From assembly GCA_033723415.1 (NCBI GenBank), contig JAWVXD010000006.1, forward strand, positions 76,149-140,148: a DNA stretch of 64,000 bases. Reading direction: 5' to 3'. Each line of letters begins with the position of its first letter. Within the stretch, counting starts at the first letter, position 1. The notes beneath the pieces are model-generated. The model had not been told where the DNA came from, did no database searches, and saw nothing but the letters and a program-made list of their open reading frames with translations. A program made the translations under genes and the position numbers. Below are positions 10,682 to 21,757 of this stretch, piece by piece. Source of the stretch: Sulfurospirillaceae bacterium (lineage in GTDB: Bacteria > Campylobacterota > Campylobacteria > Campylobacterales > Sulfurospirillaceae).

Positions 10682-11308
10682 TTGCAAAAAAAGCTAAAAG
10701 GTCTGTATGCGATCACGGATGAAAAATTAACACCGCAAAATATTATAGTGGATCGATGTATGGAAGCTTTGGATTGCGGAGTGAGAATCATACAGCACCG
10801 AGATAAGAACAGCACGGATAATGAAGTAGAAAAAATCTGTATAGAACTTCAAGAGCTTTGTAGACGATATGATGCTGTTTTTATCATCAATGATCGTCCG
10901 CACTTAGCACAGAAAATAGGAGCAGACGGTCTTCATATCGGCAAAGACGATATGCCTTTTTCTGAGACAAGAAAGATATATACAGAAGGTATCATAGGAG
11001 TTTCATGCTATGGAAGTCTTGATATAGCAAAAGAAGCACAGATCAACGGTGCCGCATATGTTGCATTTGGCGCTTTTTTCCCGACTCCGACAAAACCGGA
11101 TTCCGGTGTATTTCCAATGGATGTATTAGGGAAGGCTAAAAAGAGTTTAAATCTTCCAGTCTGCGCGATAGGCGGCATAAACTCTTCAAATATAGATATC
11201 ATCGATCAACACAAACCAGATATGCTTTGTTGTGTCAGCGCCATATTTGATGGCAACATAAAAGAAAATATAAGATTACTAAATCAAAAGATAAAAGAGA
11301 GATATTAG
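10682..11308 (+). CDS. thiE: thiamine phosphate synthase
   Basis: GLYAIT, QHRDK, IIND, GLHIGKDD, GVSCY, FPTPTK, AIGGI. Confidence 0.9.
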   Translation: MQKKLKGLYAITDEKLTPQNIIVDRCMEALDCGVRIIQHRDKNSTDNEVEKICIELQELCRRYDAVFIINDRPHLAQKIGADGLHIGKDDMPFSETRKIYTEGIIGVSCYGSLDIAKEAQINGAAYVAFGAFFPTPTKPDSGVFPMDVLGKAKKSLNLPVCAIGGINSSNIDIIDQHKPDMLCCVSAIFDGNIKENIRLLNQKIKERY

Positions 11309-11337
11309 GGATGAATTAAATTCATCCCTTCTCTTTG
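11307..11337. terminator. intrinsic terminator between convergent thiE and dat
   Basis: AGGGATGAAT...ATTCATCCCT stem followed by TCTCTTTGTT. Confidence 0.6.
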
Positions 11338-12192
11338 TTAGTTATTTGCTTCGTTTAATGCAGCTTCAACATATAGTCGGCGTAATTTTTTAACCATGGG
11401 ACCAGGTTTACCATCGCCTATCTTTTTTCCGTCTATCTCAACGATAGGCAATACAAATACAGTAGCGCTAGACATAAAAGCTTCATCGGCTTCCATTGCT
11501 TCTTCAAGCGTGAAAAGTCTCTCTTCCACTTTGATGCCGTGATCTTTTGTCAATGACATTAGTACCTTGCGTCTGATACCGGGCAATATAAGATTTGAAA
11601 GAGGACGCGTTATGATCACACCGTCTTTTACGATATAAGCAGATGACGACGTACCCTCCGTCACAAAACCGTCTTCTATCATCCAACCTTCATAAGCACC
11701 TTTTTGATGCACTTCTTCTTTGGCAAGGACTTGTCCTAAAAGCGAGATGGACTTGATATCTCTTCGCTTCCATCTTATATCTTCCACGCTTGAGACTTTA
11801 ACGCCGGATTCTGCCAAAGGCGTATTGATGATCTCTTTTTTGAAGATAAATGCCATAAACGTAGAAGGCGTGTTACTTGGAAAGTAAAACTCCCTTGGTG
11901 CCACTCCACGTGTGACTTGCATATAAATGCCACCCTCAACCAAATCGTTTTTCTCGATAAGCTGATTTAATATCTCTACCACTTCTTCTCTACTATACGG
12001 CGATTTAAGTCCGATCTTGCTAAGACTTCCATCAAAACGCTCAAAAAACGGTTCTTTATCAATAACCTTTGAATTTATGACAGGAACTACTTCATATATA
12101 CCGTCACCAAAAAGAAATCCTCTATCAAAGATCGATACTTTGGCATCTTCTTTGTTTAAGTAATCTCCGTTTAAAAATACAATTTCACTCAT
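11338..12192 (-). CDS. dat: D-amino acid aminotransferase (class IV PLP)
   Basis: DRGFLFGDGIYEV, YMQVTRG, RDIKSISLL, EGTSS, ILPGI. Confidence 0.85.
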   Translation of the reverse strand: MSEIVFLNGDYLNKEDAKVSIFDRGFLFGDGIYEVVPVINSKVIDKEPFFERFDGSLSKIGLKSPYSREEVVEILNQLIEKNDLVEGGIYMQVTRGVAPREFYFPSNTPSTFMAFIFKKEIINTPLAESGVKVSSVEDIRWKRRDIKSISLLGQVLAKEEVHQKGAYEGWMIEDGFVTEGTSSSAYIVKDGVIITRPLSNLILPGIRRKVLMSLTKDHGIKVEERLFTLEEAMEADEAFMSSATVFVLPIVEIDGKKIGDGKPGPMVKKLRRLYVEAALNEANN

Positions 12193-12271
12193 CTTTACTC
12201 CATTTTAAAATAAACTCGATTTTAATGATATATTATCTAAAATAATATTAGAAATGTATAGAAATCAAGTC

Positions 12272-13222
12272 TTAATTTTCTATTTTTACATCTACATGTT
12301 CTTGTATAAATCTTTTGTCTTCTCTGCCTTTTTTTATTATATCCATAGCGCTTATACCGGTACTGTCTTTACTGCTAAGAAGAAAGCTTATCTTATCCTT
12401 CTTCCCATTTAGAATATTTTCAACCGAATCAAAAAGGTGCAGATCAAGTTTGTTCTTTGAAAGTGCCTTCTTTTTTTCTATATTCGCAAGTGCTACTTGC
12501 AAAAACTTATTCCATTTTTCATCTATTTTGGCATCAGTTATATTTTGATCAGGTGAGACTATTTTTAAAATTTTTCCAAAAGTCTCTTTTTTATTTTTTA
12601 GGTTTAGATCAAACTTTATGTTTGTAAACAATATATTTCTAGGATCTTCTTTGACACTGTTTGAATTTGATCCGGTTAGAAAAAGCTTGAAAGGGAATAT
12701 TGCATTGTTGTATGAAAATCCAAAATTTTTAAACTTTTCTAGTTTTCTGCCTTGAAATTCCAAATTTCCCTTGATAACCATATCTCCTTGAACAAATAAT
12801 CTAATTATCTTGTCTATCTTTTCATAATCGGATTTTTTCAATATTCTACCTGACATGATAGAAAAAAGCATAATTCTATTTTTAAGATCAACCCCGTTTG
12901 CGTCTATACCGAGAAGGGAAATGTTTAGATCAATATTGGATGTTTTTCCTTTTTTGATTTTTGCAAACTGTTCAAAATTATTAAACACGATCTTTTTGAC
13001 TCTGGTTCCATCACGTAAAAAAGCATTATTAACAACGCACTGCATAGAAAACAACCCTTGACAGTCAACTTTGGTATACAAAAAACCTGCTTTTTGTAAT
13101 GAGTTTGTCAACTCATGAGTAGCCTTTTGCGTAGTCTGCATAATAAAGTAATAACCTGCACCTACGATTACGACAATCGCTACTATAATTGATATCAACC
13201 ATCTTGATTTTTTGTTTTCCAT
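12272..13222 (-). CDS. hypothetical protein with N-terminal membrane anchor
   Basis: 316-aa ORF, one N-terminal hydrophobic segment. Confidence 0.6.
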   Translation of the reverse strand: MENKKSRWLISIIVAIVVIVGAGYYFIMQTTQKATHELTNSLQKAGFLYTKVDCQGLFSMQCVVNNAFLRDGTRVKKIVFNNFEQFAKIKKGKTSNIDLNISLLGIDANGVDLKNRIMLFSIMSGRILKKSDYEKIDKIIRLFVQGDMVIKGNLEFQGRKLEKFKNFGFSYNNAIFPFKLFLTGSNSNSVKEDPRNILFTNIKFDLNLKNKKETFGKILKIVSPDQNITDAKIDEKWNKFLQVALANIEKKKALSKNKLDLHLFDSVENILNGKKDKISFLLSSKDSTGISAMDIIKKGREDKRFIQEHVDVKIEN

Positions 13223-13357
13223 TTATAACGCCCACAGCCTTTAATTTTTAATATTATGCCATATTTTGGAAACAATTTGATATAGGGATTTGTATAGTTT
13301 TGCCTCAAATTTAGTATAAACACGCTAAAATATAATTATAAATAATCAAGGAATAAA

Positions 13358-13579
13358 ATGGGAAATATTACAAACAATAGTGTTAAGATGGAAAATGGCT
13401 ATAAACTGGCAGAGCTTTATAAACAACAAAAGAACTCTTTTATAGCATCTCAAAAACAAAAAGACAAGGAAGCAGGAGGAGTCAATTCAAATATCGCAAA
13501 GATGAAAAGTGATGCTAAAAAAGCCAAAGAAAAGGCCAAAGCTAAAAAAGCTAAAAAAGACAGAAAAAGAAACAAATAA
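13358..13579 (+). CDS. small Lys-rich hypothetical protein
   Basis: RBS AAGGA, TAATG coupling to next gene. Confidence 0.55.
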   Translation: MGNITNNSVKMENGYKLAELYKQQKNSFIASQKQKDKEAGGVNSNIAKMKSDAKKAKEKAKAKKAKKDRKRNK

Positions 13580-14205
13580 TGCCATTATCTATTTGGACCT
13601 TCCTCATAGCTATAACGCTTCTTACTATGACTCCCGGTGTTGATACTATGATAGTGTTGAGAAATACACTAAGAGGCGGTACGAAAGATGGACTCGTTTC
13701 AAGTTTGGGGATCTGTTCAGGACTTTTCGTTCATGCATTTTTATCAGCAGTCGGAATTTCGGCAATCCTGCTCTACTCTGCCGCTGCTTTTACGATACTA
13801 AAAACGATAGGCGCACTCTACCTTATCTGGTTGGGATTTGTAAATCTTAAAGCTTTTTTTGATAATGATGAACAAAAAAAGCTTAAAACAATAAAACGAC
13901 AATTTTCTTTTGTTCGCTCGCTTCGTGAGGGATTTCTCTCAAACGTGCTAAATCCAAAAGCAATCGTGTTTTATATGGCGTTTCTGCCGCAGTTCATATC
14001 ACCCAATCACTCTGCACTGGCACAATCTATGTTCTTGGCTTCCCTACATTTTGGCATCGCCATGATTTGGCAAGGACTTCTCATCTATACTATAGGTTCT
14101 GCAAACAACTTTATCATGAAAAAAAACGTGCGAAAAAGTCTGGATGTGATTTCAGGATCCGTCATGATCGGGCTTGGTATCAAACTTTTTTTAGTTCAAA
14201 AGTAA
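13579..14205 (+). CDS. LysE/RhtB family exporter
   Basis: TPGVD, GALYLIWLG, GFLSNVLNPKAIVFY. Confidence 0.9.
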   Translation: MPLSIWTFLIAITLLTMTPGVDTMIVLRNTLRGGTKDGLVSSLGICSGLFVHAFLSAVGISAILLYSAAAFTILKTIGALYLIWLGFVNLKAFFDNDEQKKLKTIKRQFSFVRSLREGFLSNVLNPKAIVFYMAFLPQFISPNHSALAQSMFLASLHFGIAMIWQGLLIYTIGSANNFIMKKNVRKSLDVISGSVMIGLGIKLFLVQK

Positions 14206-14219
14206 ATCAAAGCCAAACA

Positions 14220-15443
14220 TCAAGAATCCACTCTAGGGTCTAGCTGAGATAGTTCAGCTCCGGATGCTACAGGCATCGTCACAAAGATACTCAAGTCATC
14301 ATCTGCAACTCTTTTTTTAGATAATGCATAAAAAGTCAAAAAGATTCCTAATGACCCAAAGATCACAAAGATGACACCGTGAAAATATTCCATCAAAAAT
14401 CCCATGATTGCAGGAGCAGTAAAGGAACCGACTCCATAAACAAACAAAAGTGCCCTACTGATCTCTACGATATTTTTGTTTTCATCAACAACATCATTGG
14501 CTCTGGCAACTCCTAATGGATAGATCGAGAACATAGCAAATCCGAATAAAAACCCTAAAATATAGATCATGTTAGGATTTGTGCCGACCAGCAGAAATAA
14601 TATTGATACTAAGGCGGTAAAAGATCCGCATATCGCTATCAATTTCCTTCTTCCGAATTTATCAGATAAGATTCCTATAGGCCATTGAGAAAGTAATCCT
14701 CCGATTAATGTCATCATCATAAAGTACGACACCACGTGAACTGATCCAAATTGCGTCAATATATAAACAGGAACCATTGTAAACAATCCACCTACAAAAA
14801 TACCTGCCAAGAAACAAGAAACAAGAGCCAAAGGGACAATAGAATAAATTTTTGGAAAACTATAATTTGTCAATGGCTCCAGTATCGGCTCTTTTATCTT
14901 CGTTAAGGCAATTGCCACAACAGAGAACAAAACCAGGACCGATCCTGCAATAAAAATAGTCTTACTTAGTGAGATATCTAAAGATAAGAAAAGCTGTCCT
15001 ACCGCCAAAAATAAAGAAAAGATCACCGTATAGGTAGCAAGGATCACTCCTCTATCATCGGAGGTACTTTTTTCATTTAGCCAACTCTCGATGATGATCA
15101 ACAAACCATAATAAGCAAAACCGGCAACAAATCTCAGCACTCCCCAAAGCACTTCATTAAAAAATATAGATTGCAATAAAAAAGTCACGACCATTACTGA
15201 AGCAAATGCAGAAAAGCTTCGAATATGCCCGACTCTAGAGATAATACTTTGGCTAAAAATTGACGATGCGATCGAACCTAAGAAGAAAGCGGCATTGATC
15301 ATCCCGATCGCCGTATTGCTGATATGTTCTCCTTTGAGATATACTCCGATATAGGTAAAGATCATACCGTATCCAAGTGCCAAAAAAGCAATTGCAACAA
15401 AAAGTGAAGATATCTGAATAATAGAGAGTGTATTTCGTGTCAT
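14220..15443 (-). CDS. MFS transporter (YcaD-like)
   Basis: about 12 hydrophobic segments, RVGHIRSF, IESWLN, QWPIGILSDKFGRR. Confidence 0.85.
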   Translation of the reverse strand: MTRNTLSIIQISSLFVAIAFLALGYGMIFTYIGVYLKGEHISNTAIGMINAAFFLGSIASSIFSQSIISRVGHIRSFSAFASVMVVTFLLQSIFFNEVLWGVLRFVAGFAYYGLLIIIESWLNEKSTSDDRGVILATYTVIFSLFLAVGQLFLSLDISLSKTIFIAGSVLVLFSVVAIALTKIKEPILEPLTNYSFPKIYSIVPLALVSCFLAGIFVGGLFTMVPVYILTQFGSVHVVSYFMMMTLIGGLLSQWPIGILSDKFGRRKLIAICGSFTALVSILFLLVGTNPNMIYILGFLFGFAMFSIYPLGVARANDVVDENKNIVEISRALLFVYGVGSFTAPAIMGFLMEYFHGVIFVIFGSLGIFLTFYALSKKRVADDDLSIFVTMPVASGAELSQLDPRVDS

Positions 15444-15518
15444 ATATTGCGTCTGCCTTTTGCTATGTAACTGTTTTTCCGTATTGTATCAAACTTGCCA
15501 AGATTTTTATACAATTAT

Positions 15519-16814
15519 TTAATATTTTCTATTAAAAAAATGTCCACGCACAAATCTTCCATAACAAAATTCAAACAAAAATGAGAAGATGACAAATATC
15601 AAAAATACGAAAACAGCATTTGAATCTTTTGCATATGTGTATATCAAAAGTGTGAACAAAGACACCGTACTGATTATGGATGAAAACAACAGAACTTTTT
15701 TGTCTGCTTTAATATCACTAACAAGTCTATATGCACTGATATTCACAATAGAAAATATCAACAAGAATCCTGCACTTCCGATGATAGCTATCTCAGTCAA
15801 ATTTATAGAATTTGCAATTAAAAGACTTATAATAGATGTAATTATTACGCCAAATACCGGAATATCCCTCTTCTCTTTGTCCAATATTTTAGGCAATTTA
15901 CCTTCCTTGGCTATGATGTAGCCAAGCCTTGCATTTCCATAGATTGTCGCATTTATAGCAGAAAAAGTTGCTAAAAGAGCGGCAACGGATACGATAACAA
16001 AACCAACATGACCTAAAGTCGGCTGTGCAGCTATAGCCAAAGCATAATCTTTTGCGATTATTAGTTTGCTTTGGGAAACGGAACCTACAGTTATAAGAGC
16101 TATTAGCATATATAAGACAATAACAAATATAACTGAACCATAAAATGCCCTTGGGAGATTTTTTTCAGGATCTTTTATCTCTTCAGCCGTATTTGCTATC
16201 AATTCAAAGCCCTCATATGCTACGAATATGATCATGCCTGCTACGATTATAGAAAAGGCAGGTTCCCAATTACTTGGAGACAATCTTGACATATCTACAT
16301 GTGAAGAACCGAACACTATTATCACCATAAGCAAGATTATTTTTATAGCGACTATGAACGATTCTGATTTACTTACAAATGATGCCTTTAGCAAATTTAT
16401 AGCAGCAGGAAGGATAATAGCAAAACTTATAAGAGCATGTCTCAGCCATATCTCATTCGTATTTTTAAAGAAAGTCAGACCATATGATGCAAAAGCTGTC
16501 GCATACAGCGATATTGTCACTAGATAGCTCAGCCAAAGAAGCAGATTTATACTTCCAGATAGAAGATTATGTTTAAAAGCATTGTCGATAAAGACAACAG
16601 TGCCTCCTCTATTTTGATACCTGACAGAAAGTTTTGCATACGAATATGATGTAAGAAGCGCTACTATTCCGGCTACAAAAAAAGAGATGGCAGTAGCACC
16701 TTTTGCCAAAGATACAGCTTCACCCAAAACTGCAAAAATTCCTCCGCCGACCATGCCTCCCACTCCGATAGCTATCGCACCAAAAAGTCCTATGTCTTTA
16801 TCTTTCGTATTCAT
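15519..16814 (-). CDS. APC family amino acid permease
   Basis: GGMVGGGIF, FVAYEGFELIANTAEE...PEKNLPRA. Confidence 0.88.
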   Translation of the reverse strand: MNTKDKDIGLFGAIAIGVGGMVGGGIFAVLGEAVSLAKGATAISFFVAGIVALLTSYSYAKLSVRYQNRGGTVVFIDNAFKHNLLSGSINLLLWLSYLVTISLYATAFASYGLTFFKNTNEIWLRHALISFAIILPAAINLLKASFVSKSESFIVAIKIILLMVIIVFGSSHVDMSRLSPSNWEPAFSIIVAGMIIFVAYEGFELIANTAEEIKDPEKNLPRAFYGSVIFVIVLYMLIALITVGSVSQSKLIIAKDYALAIAAQPTLGHVGFVIVSVAALLATFSAINATIYGNARLGYIIAKEGKLPKILDKEKRDIPVFGVIITSIISLLIANSINLTEIAIIGSAGFLLIFSIVNISAYRLVSDIKADKKVLLFSSIISTVSLFTLLIYTYAKDSNAVFVFLIFVIFSFLFEFCYGRFVRGHFFNRKY

Positions 16815-16831
16815 GATCTGATTTTTACAGC

Positions 16832-17116
16832 CTAAGATATCTTAGTATTTTCTTCCCAAAGTATATAGCCTCTCACTCCGTTTGACTTCCAGACTCCACC
16901 TGCAAGTTTGCCTTGCTTAGTTAGATCAAAATTTTTACCTTTTTTTTCTAGATATCCCATCTCGACAAATTTTTTGTTAAGTTCATTGGTCTTTAGTCCA
17001 AGTTTTAAAGCCAATTTTGAAGTAGTGAGTTTTGTTGACTCTTTTATCTTTTTTAAACTTTTTTCAGGCTTGATGTCCTTTTTTTCTATAGTTTTTTCAC
17101 TCTTTTTTTCTTTCAT
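16832..17116 (-). CDS. small hypothetical protein, possible winged-helix
   Basis: 94-aa basic ORF, LTTSKLALKLGLKTNELNK. Confidence 0.5.
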   Translation of the reverse strand: MKEKKSEKTIEKKDIKPEKSLKKIKESTKLTTSKLALKLGLKTNELNKKFVEMGYLEKKGKNFDLTKQGKLAGGVWKSNGVRGYILWEENTKIS

Positions 17117-17179
17117 ACGATACCTCGTTATTTTTTATGTATTGTATCTAATCCAACCGTTTTTGCGGTTATTTTCATA

Positions 17180-17755
17180 CTATTTTTTATCGTAAGCTGC
17201 TTCAAGTTTTTTGTGTATATAAAAATAAAAAAGCCCAAATACTGCCAATGCCAAAGGCAAAGCAATATACCAATAAGGCTTTAACAAAGAAAACAAAGCG
17301 ATGATATGCTTGCCAAAATATGCGACAGGAGACATTATAACCGTGCTCCAGCACAAAGCTGAAAAGATATTTATAAGAGCAAAACGTTTGATGCTAAATC
17401 CGCTCAAACCGATGGATAACGGTATGATCGTTCTCATTCCGTATATATAGCGTTGTAAAAATATAAGATGCCAATCATACTTTTGCAGTAAACGCTTGGC
17501 AAGGGCTATTTTACGTCGTTGTTTGACAAATTTGCGATAAACAAAATTTTTCTTGGAATGGCCTAGATAAAAATAAAATTGATCTCCACAAAAAGCTCCG
17601 GCAGTGGCAAAACCTATGGCGATAAAAAGATTCATATGCCCCGTATGTACCAGCAATCCTGCCATAAACAAGGCCGTTTCTCCCTCTAAGATGCACCAGA
17701 CAAATAAAATCACATAACCATATGTTTTCATGAGTTCTAATAAATATGCTTCCAT
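17180..17755 (-). CDS. DedA family membrane protein
   Basis: LEGETAL, GDQFYFYLG, RYIYGMR. Confidence 0.88.
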   Translation of the reverse strand: MEAYLLELMKTYGYVILFVWCILEGETALFMAGLLVHTGHMNLFIAIGFATAGAFCGDQFYFYLGHSKKNFVYRKFVKQRRKIALAKRLLQKYDWHLIFLQRYIYGMRTIIPLSIGLSGFSIKRFALINIFSALCWSTVIMSPVAYFGKHIIALFSLLKPYWYIALPLALAVFGLFYFYIHKKLEAAYDKK

Positions 17756-17819
17756 ATGTCTCCATATCTTTTTGTTTTATGATTAGTCTTGGTTTATAAA
17801 ATGATATCTTTCTATTAGG

Positions 17820-18032
17820 TTAAAAAGTTTTAAGATACAATTTTTCCACTTTTTCTCTGGCCCATTGGGTTCTTCTTAAAAATTTCAAGCTTGATTTTAC
17901 TGATGGATCGTTATTGAAACAATTGATATTGATAAGCTTGCCCAACTCTTCCCATCCATAGTATTCTACAAGCTTGATGAGCATCTGTTCTAATGTTATT
18001 CCGTGTAAGGGATTATTTGGTTGTTTGTTCAT
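17820..18032 (-). CDS. VF530/DUF2132 family protein
   Basis: [10 protein letters not shown]...YGWEEL...[24 protein letters not shown]. Confidence 0.88.
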   Translation of the reverse strand: MNKQPNNPLHGITLEQMLIKLVEYYGWEELGKLININCFNNDPSVKSSLKFLRRTQWAREKVEKLYLKTF

Positions 18033-18174
18033 AATTTGCATTATAACTTTTTTTAGTTTATTGGAAAATTATCTTGGCAAAAAACATTCTTGACTTTATG
18101 GCTATATCTTTGATACTATGGATATAGTAAGTTTTTATATACCATTGAATAATTTTAATATTAGGAGTATGGTT

Positions 18175-19458
18175 ATGACAAAATTAATCTTTTTACTTTC
18201 TATTATTTTCTCCTCACTCTTTGCCACCTCTTCTATTGTCGTTCAATTGGATATAAAAGGGGCAATCGGCCCTGCTAGCAGTGCTTATCTAAAAAACGGC
18301 TTTGACATGGCAATACGTAAAAAAGCTCAGATAGTACTTGTCAAGCTTGACACTCCGGGAGGTCTATCCTCGTCTATGAGGGAGATGATTCAAGAGATCA
18401 CAAATACTAAAATACCCGTTGTCATGTATGTTTATCCGGAGGGAGCTAGGGCGGCAAGTGCAGGAACCTACCTAATGTACGCTTCCAATGTAGCAGCTAT
18501 GGCACAAGGCACGAATATAGGTGCAGCAACGCCTATAAACTTATTGCCCACTAGATCTACTGCGAACAAACCTTCCACACATGAAGCAAAGGCCATAAAC
18601 GATGCTGCGGCATATATTCAAAGTTTGGCTGAATTGCGTGACAGGAACGCTTCATGGGCGATTGATGCCGTGCGAAATGCAAAAAGTATCTCCGCAAAAA
18701 AAGCCTTACGTTTGGGAGTGATAGATTTGATAGCTAATAATACACAGGAATTACTACAAAAGCTTGATGGAAGAATCGTCCAAGTATCTGATAAAAATAT
18801 TGTTTTAAATACAAAAAACGCACTCATCATAAGCTATCAGGTAGATTGGAAAACCAAACTCTTATATATAATCACAAATCCAAATATTATATATATTCTT
18901 TTGCTCATTGCTCTATATGGCATATTTTTCGAGCTAATGAATCCAGGCGGAGTTTTACCTGGTGTCATAGGAGCTATTTGCGGTATAATCGTGCTTTATT
19001 CATTAAATTTACTTCCTTTTAATTATGCCGGATTACTTTTGATCATGCTAGGTGTCGGTTTTATGATAGCTGAGATATTTGTGTCAGGATTTGGAGTTTT
19101 AGGTATCGGTGGGGTTGTTGCATTTATATTCGGTTCTGTTTTATTATTTGATGCGAATACATTAGGCAATAGTATATCTATCCCTTTGATTATAGCCTTT
19201 GCACTTGTAAGTATTTCGTTCTTTATTATAATTGCCAGGATGTTTATACGATCACGATCTGCTAAAGTAGTGAGTGGAGTAGAAGATTTGATAGGCTCGA
19301 TAGGACAAGTGATAGATGTACATGAAACAAATTATCGTGTTATGTGCCAAGGAGAGATATGGAATGCCATCAGCCAGGAGAAGTTGACAGTTGGCGAGAG
19401 TATTAAAGTCGTAGGATTAAATGGTCTTACGCTGGATATTAAACCAAATAAGGAGTAA
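18175..19458 (+). CDS. nfeD: NfeD membrane-bound ClpP-class protease
   Basis: LDTPGGL, RAASAG, GAATP, TM block, C-terminal GEIWNA OB domain. Confidence 0.9.
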   Translation: MTKLIFLLSIIFSSLFATSSIVVQLDIKGAIGPASSAYLKNGFDMAIRKKAQIVLVKLDTPGGLSSSMREMIQEITNTKIPVVMYVYPEGARAASAGTYLMYASNVAAMAQGTNIGAATPINLLPTRSTANKPSTHEAKAINDAAAYIQSLAELRDRNASWAIDAVRNAKSISAKKALRLGVIDLIANNTQELLQKLDGRIVQVSDKNIVLNTKNALIISYQVDWKTKLLYIITNPNIIYILLLIALYGIFFELMNPGGVLPGVIGAICGIIVLYSLNLLPFNYAGLLLIMLGVGFMIAEIFVSGFGVLGIGGVVAFIFGSVLLFDANTLGNSISIPLIIAFALVSISFFIIIARMFIRSRSAKVVSGVEDLIGSIGQVIDVHETNYRVMCQGEIWNAISQEKLTVGESIKVVGLNGLTLDIKPNKE

Positions 19459-19461
19459 ATC

Positions 19462-20229
19462 ATGTTTTTAAACCTACCTATGATCATATTATATGTTTTT
19501 ATTTTAATCGTTCTTTTACTCGCAATGTCGATCAGAATATTACGAGAATATCAACGTGGAGTTATCTTTACGCTCGGACGTTTTAGCGGGGTCAAGGGTC
19601 CAGGATTGATAATTCTGATACCTTTTATCCAGCAGATGGTAAAAGTCGATCTTCGCATAGTGGTGCTTGATGTCCCTACGCAAGATGTTATCTCTCATGA
19701 CAATGTTTCTGTACATGTCAATGCAGTAGTATATTTTCGTGTGATAGATCCTCAAAAAGCGATCATTCAAGTTGAAGATTTTCTCTCTGCGACAAGTCAG
19801 TTGGCACAGACAACGCTTCGTTCCGTTCTAGGTGGTCATGAACTTGATGAAATGCTTGCTGAGAGAGAGCGATTGAACTCTGATATTCAAGATATATTGG
19901 ATAAAAGAACTGATGCTTGGGGAATCAAGATCTCAAATGTAGAGATAAAACATATAGACCTGGACGAAAGTATGATTCGAGCTATAGCTAAGCAGGCAGA
20001 AGCTGAAAGAGAACGAAGATCTAAGGTCATCAACGCCAAAGGAGAGCTAGAAGCGAGTAAAAACATCCTTGCAGCAGCAGAGAACCTCAGTAAAAATGAT
20101 CTGGGCATACAACTACGTTATCTTCAAACAATGAGTGATATATCAAATGATAAAACAAACACTTTGATCTTTCCTTTTCCTATGGAGATTGCAAATCTTT
20201 TCAAAAAAAGTGTGGAAAAATTGTCTTGA
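19462..20229 (+). CDS. slipin / stomatin-like SPFH protein
   Basis: [35 protein letters not shown]; adjacent to nfeD. Confidence 0.92.
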   Translation: MFLNLPMIILYVFILIVLLLAMSIRILREYQRGVIFTLGRFSGVKGPGLIILIPFIQQMVKVDLRIVVLDVPTQDVISHDNVSVHVNAVVYFRVIDPQKAIIQVEDFLSATSQLAQTTLRSVLGGHELDEMLAERERLNSDIQDILDKRTDAWGIKISNVEIKHIDLDESMIRAIAKQAEAERERRSKVINAKGELEASKNILAAAENLSKNDLGIQLRYLQTMSDISNDKTNTLIFPFPMEIANLFKKSVEKLS

Positions 20230-20278
20230 CATAAATAAGCGAAGACCATAATCGTAACGCAAAAAGGAGGGAACGATT

Positions 20279-21700
20279 ATGAAACATAATAACTTTGGAG
20301 TACTCATACTAGGATTGTTTTCCTTTATGATCTTAACACAAGAAGCTGCAGCTCTACCAATGTTTACAACGCAAACCGGTATTGACTGTAAAGGATGCCA
20401 TTTACAAGCGTTACCAAAATTAAATAAATTTGGTAGGGAATTTTTAATTTCAGGGATGACACTCAGTAAAACTATAGCCGATTTAAATTCTAGAGCAATG
20501 CCTCTTGATCATTCAACTACTAAGCTTAATTGCACAAATTGCCATTTACCGCAAATTCCAAAATTAAATCAAAAAGGGAAAGAGCTTGTAAGTGCAACAG
20601 CATCACAACAAAAAACATTGGCTTCAAATTTTAGTGATATGAATATCAATGCTTCTCTTATGTTTAAATCAAGATATGAAAAAACTTGGGACAAACCGGG
20701 TGGATCAGGTATTGTTGCTAATACAGATACTGCAGATGGAGAACTTTCGATTCCTAGGACAGTAAGTGTATTTTTGGGTGGTAGAATAAACGAGCATTTT
20801 AGTACACTTTTTAACTTTTCGTATAAAAAAATAAACAAAGGATCTATTTCTGGTAAAGTAGCTTATTCAAAAAAAACAGATGATGGATATTTTGGCTCTG
20901 TCCTTTACTCAGCATCCAATTTCGGTCCATTTTCCGGCATAGAATTATATAATACCGGATTATATAAACCTCTGAGAAGTTTTGACATTAGAACCTATTC
21001 TAACGCACTTCAAATGACAAATATAGGAACAGGTGCAGCGACCGGATTACAAGTGTATTATGCCAAAAACGCAGTATTTAATGATGTTGATAATATTTTT
21101 GTTACTGTTGGGTTTTATGCGCCTGGACAGGATAATCTGTATATGGATCTTATAGATAATCTATTGCCCATTGCAAGAGTTGCATATGAATATCCTTTCG
21201 GTGATTTCAATGTGATGTTTGGAGCTTTTGGAATTTCCGGCGAGGGAACATCTAGCAGCATAGACTCCCTCAAAGTCAAAAGGCAAACTTATGGTCTTGA
21301 TCTACAAGTCAATGGTGCAATCTTAGAAAAACAAGTACAGTTTACGGCAAGTAGGGTGTTTAAAAATGAAGTCACTTTTACGGGTGCTAATGCCGGATTG
21401 ATCAGCGATTTGGATAATCGTTTAAATAAAGCATTTTCTATAGAAGGCACTGTCGATTTAACATCAAATTTGGGAGCTAAAATCGCTTATTTGACATACG
21501 ATGATCTATATAATTATCCGGGGCATAAAAAGAATATTGACGTAAAAGATATTAAAGGTGCTGTTACTATAGGTCTTGATTATTCCTTTAAGTTTTATAC
21601 TCCGATGCAAGTTGGGATTGAGTATAGCTGGATAACCCCGGGATTAGATAGAGTCAAAGACTATAGAAATTTTGTTGTAACATTTAACATCTTGCTATAA
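20279..21700 (+). CDS. Cyc2-like outer-membrane cytochrome c-porin fusion with two CXXCH motifs
   Basis: Signal peptide AAA|LPMFTTQTGIDCKGCH..PKLNKFGREF resembles Cyc2 PxFARQTG..CxxCH..PxLxxFGRxF; second CTNCH; aromatic-rich beta-strand C-terminal domain. Confidence 0.7.
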   Translation: MKHNNFGVLILGLFSFMILTQEAAALPMFTTQTGIDCKGCHLQALPKLNKFGREFLISGMTLSKTIADLNSRAMPLDHSTTKLNCTNCHLPQIPKLNQKGKELVSATASQQKTLASNFSDMNINASLMFKSRYEKTWDKPGGSGIVANTDTADGELSIPRTVSVFLGGRINEHFSTLFNFSYKKINKGSISGKVAYSKKTDDGYFGSVLYSASNFGPFSGIELYNTGLYKPLRSFDIRTYSNALQMTNIGTGAATGLQVYYAKNAVFNDVDNIFVTVGFYAPGQDNLYMDLIDNLLPIARVAYEYPFGDFNVMFGAFGISGEGTSSSIDSLKVKRQTYGLDLQVNGAILEKQVQFTASRVFKNEVTFTGANAGLISDLDNRLNKAFSIEGTVDLTSNLGAKIAYLTYDDLYNYPGHKKNIDVKDIKGAVTIGLDYSFKFYTPMQVGIEYSWITPGLDRVKDYRNFVVTFNILL

Positions 21701-21757
21701 AGGAAATATCCGTTCTATGCCGATATGGCTACATAGAAGCAATTTAAACAGATGGGC

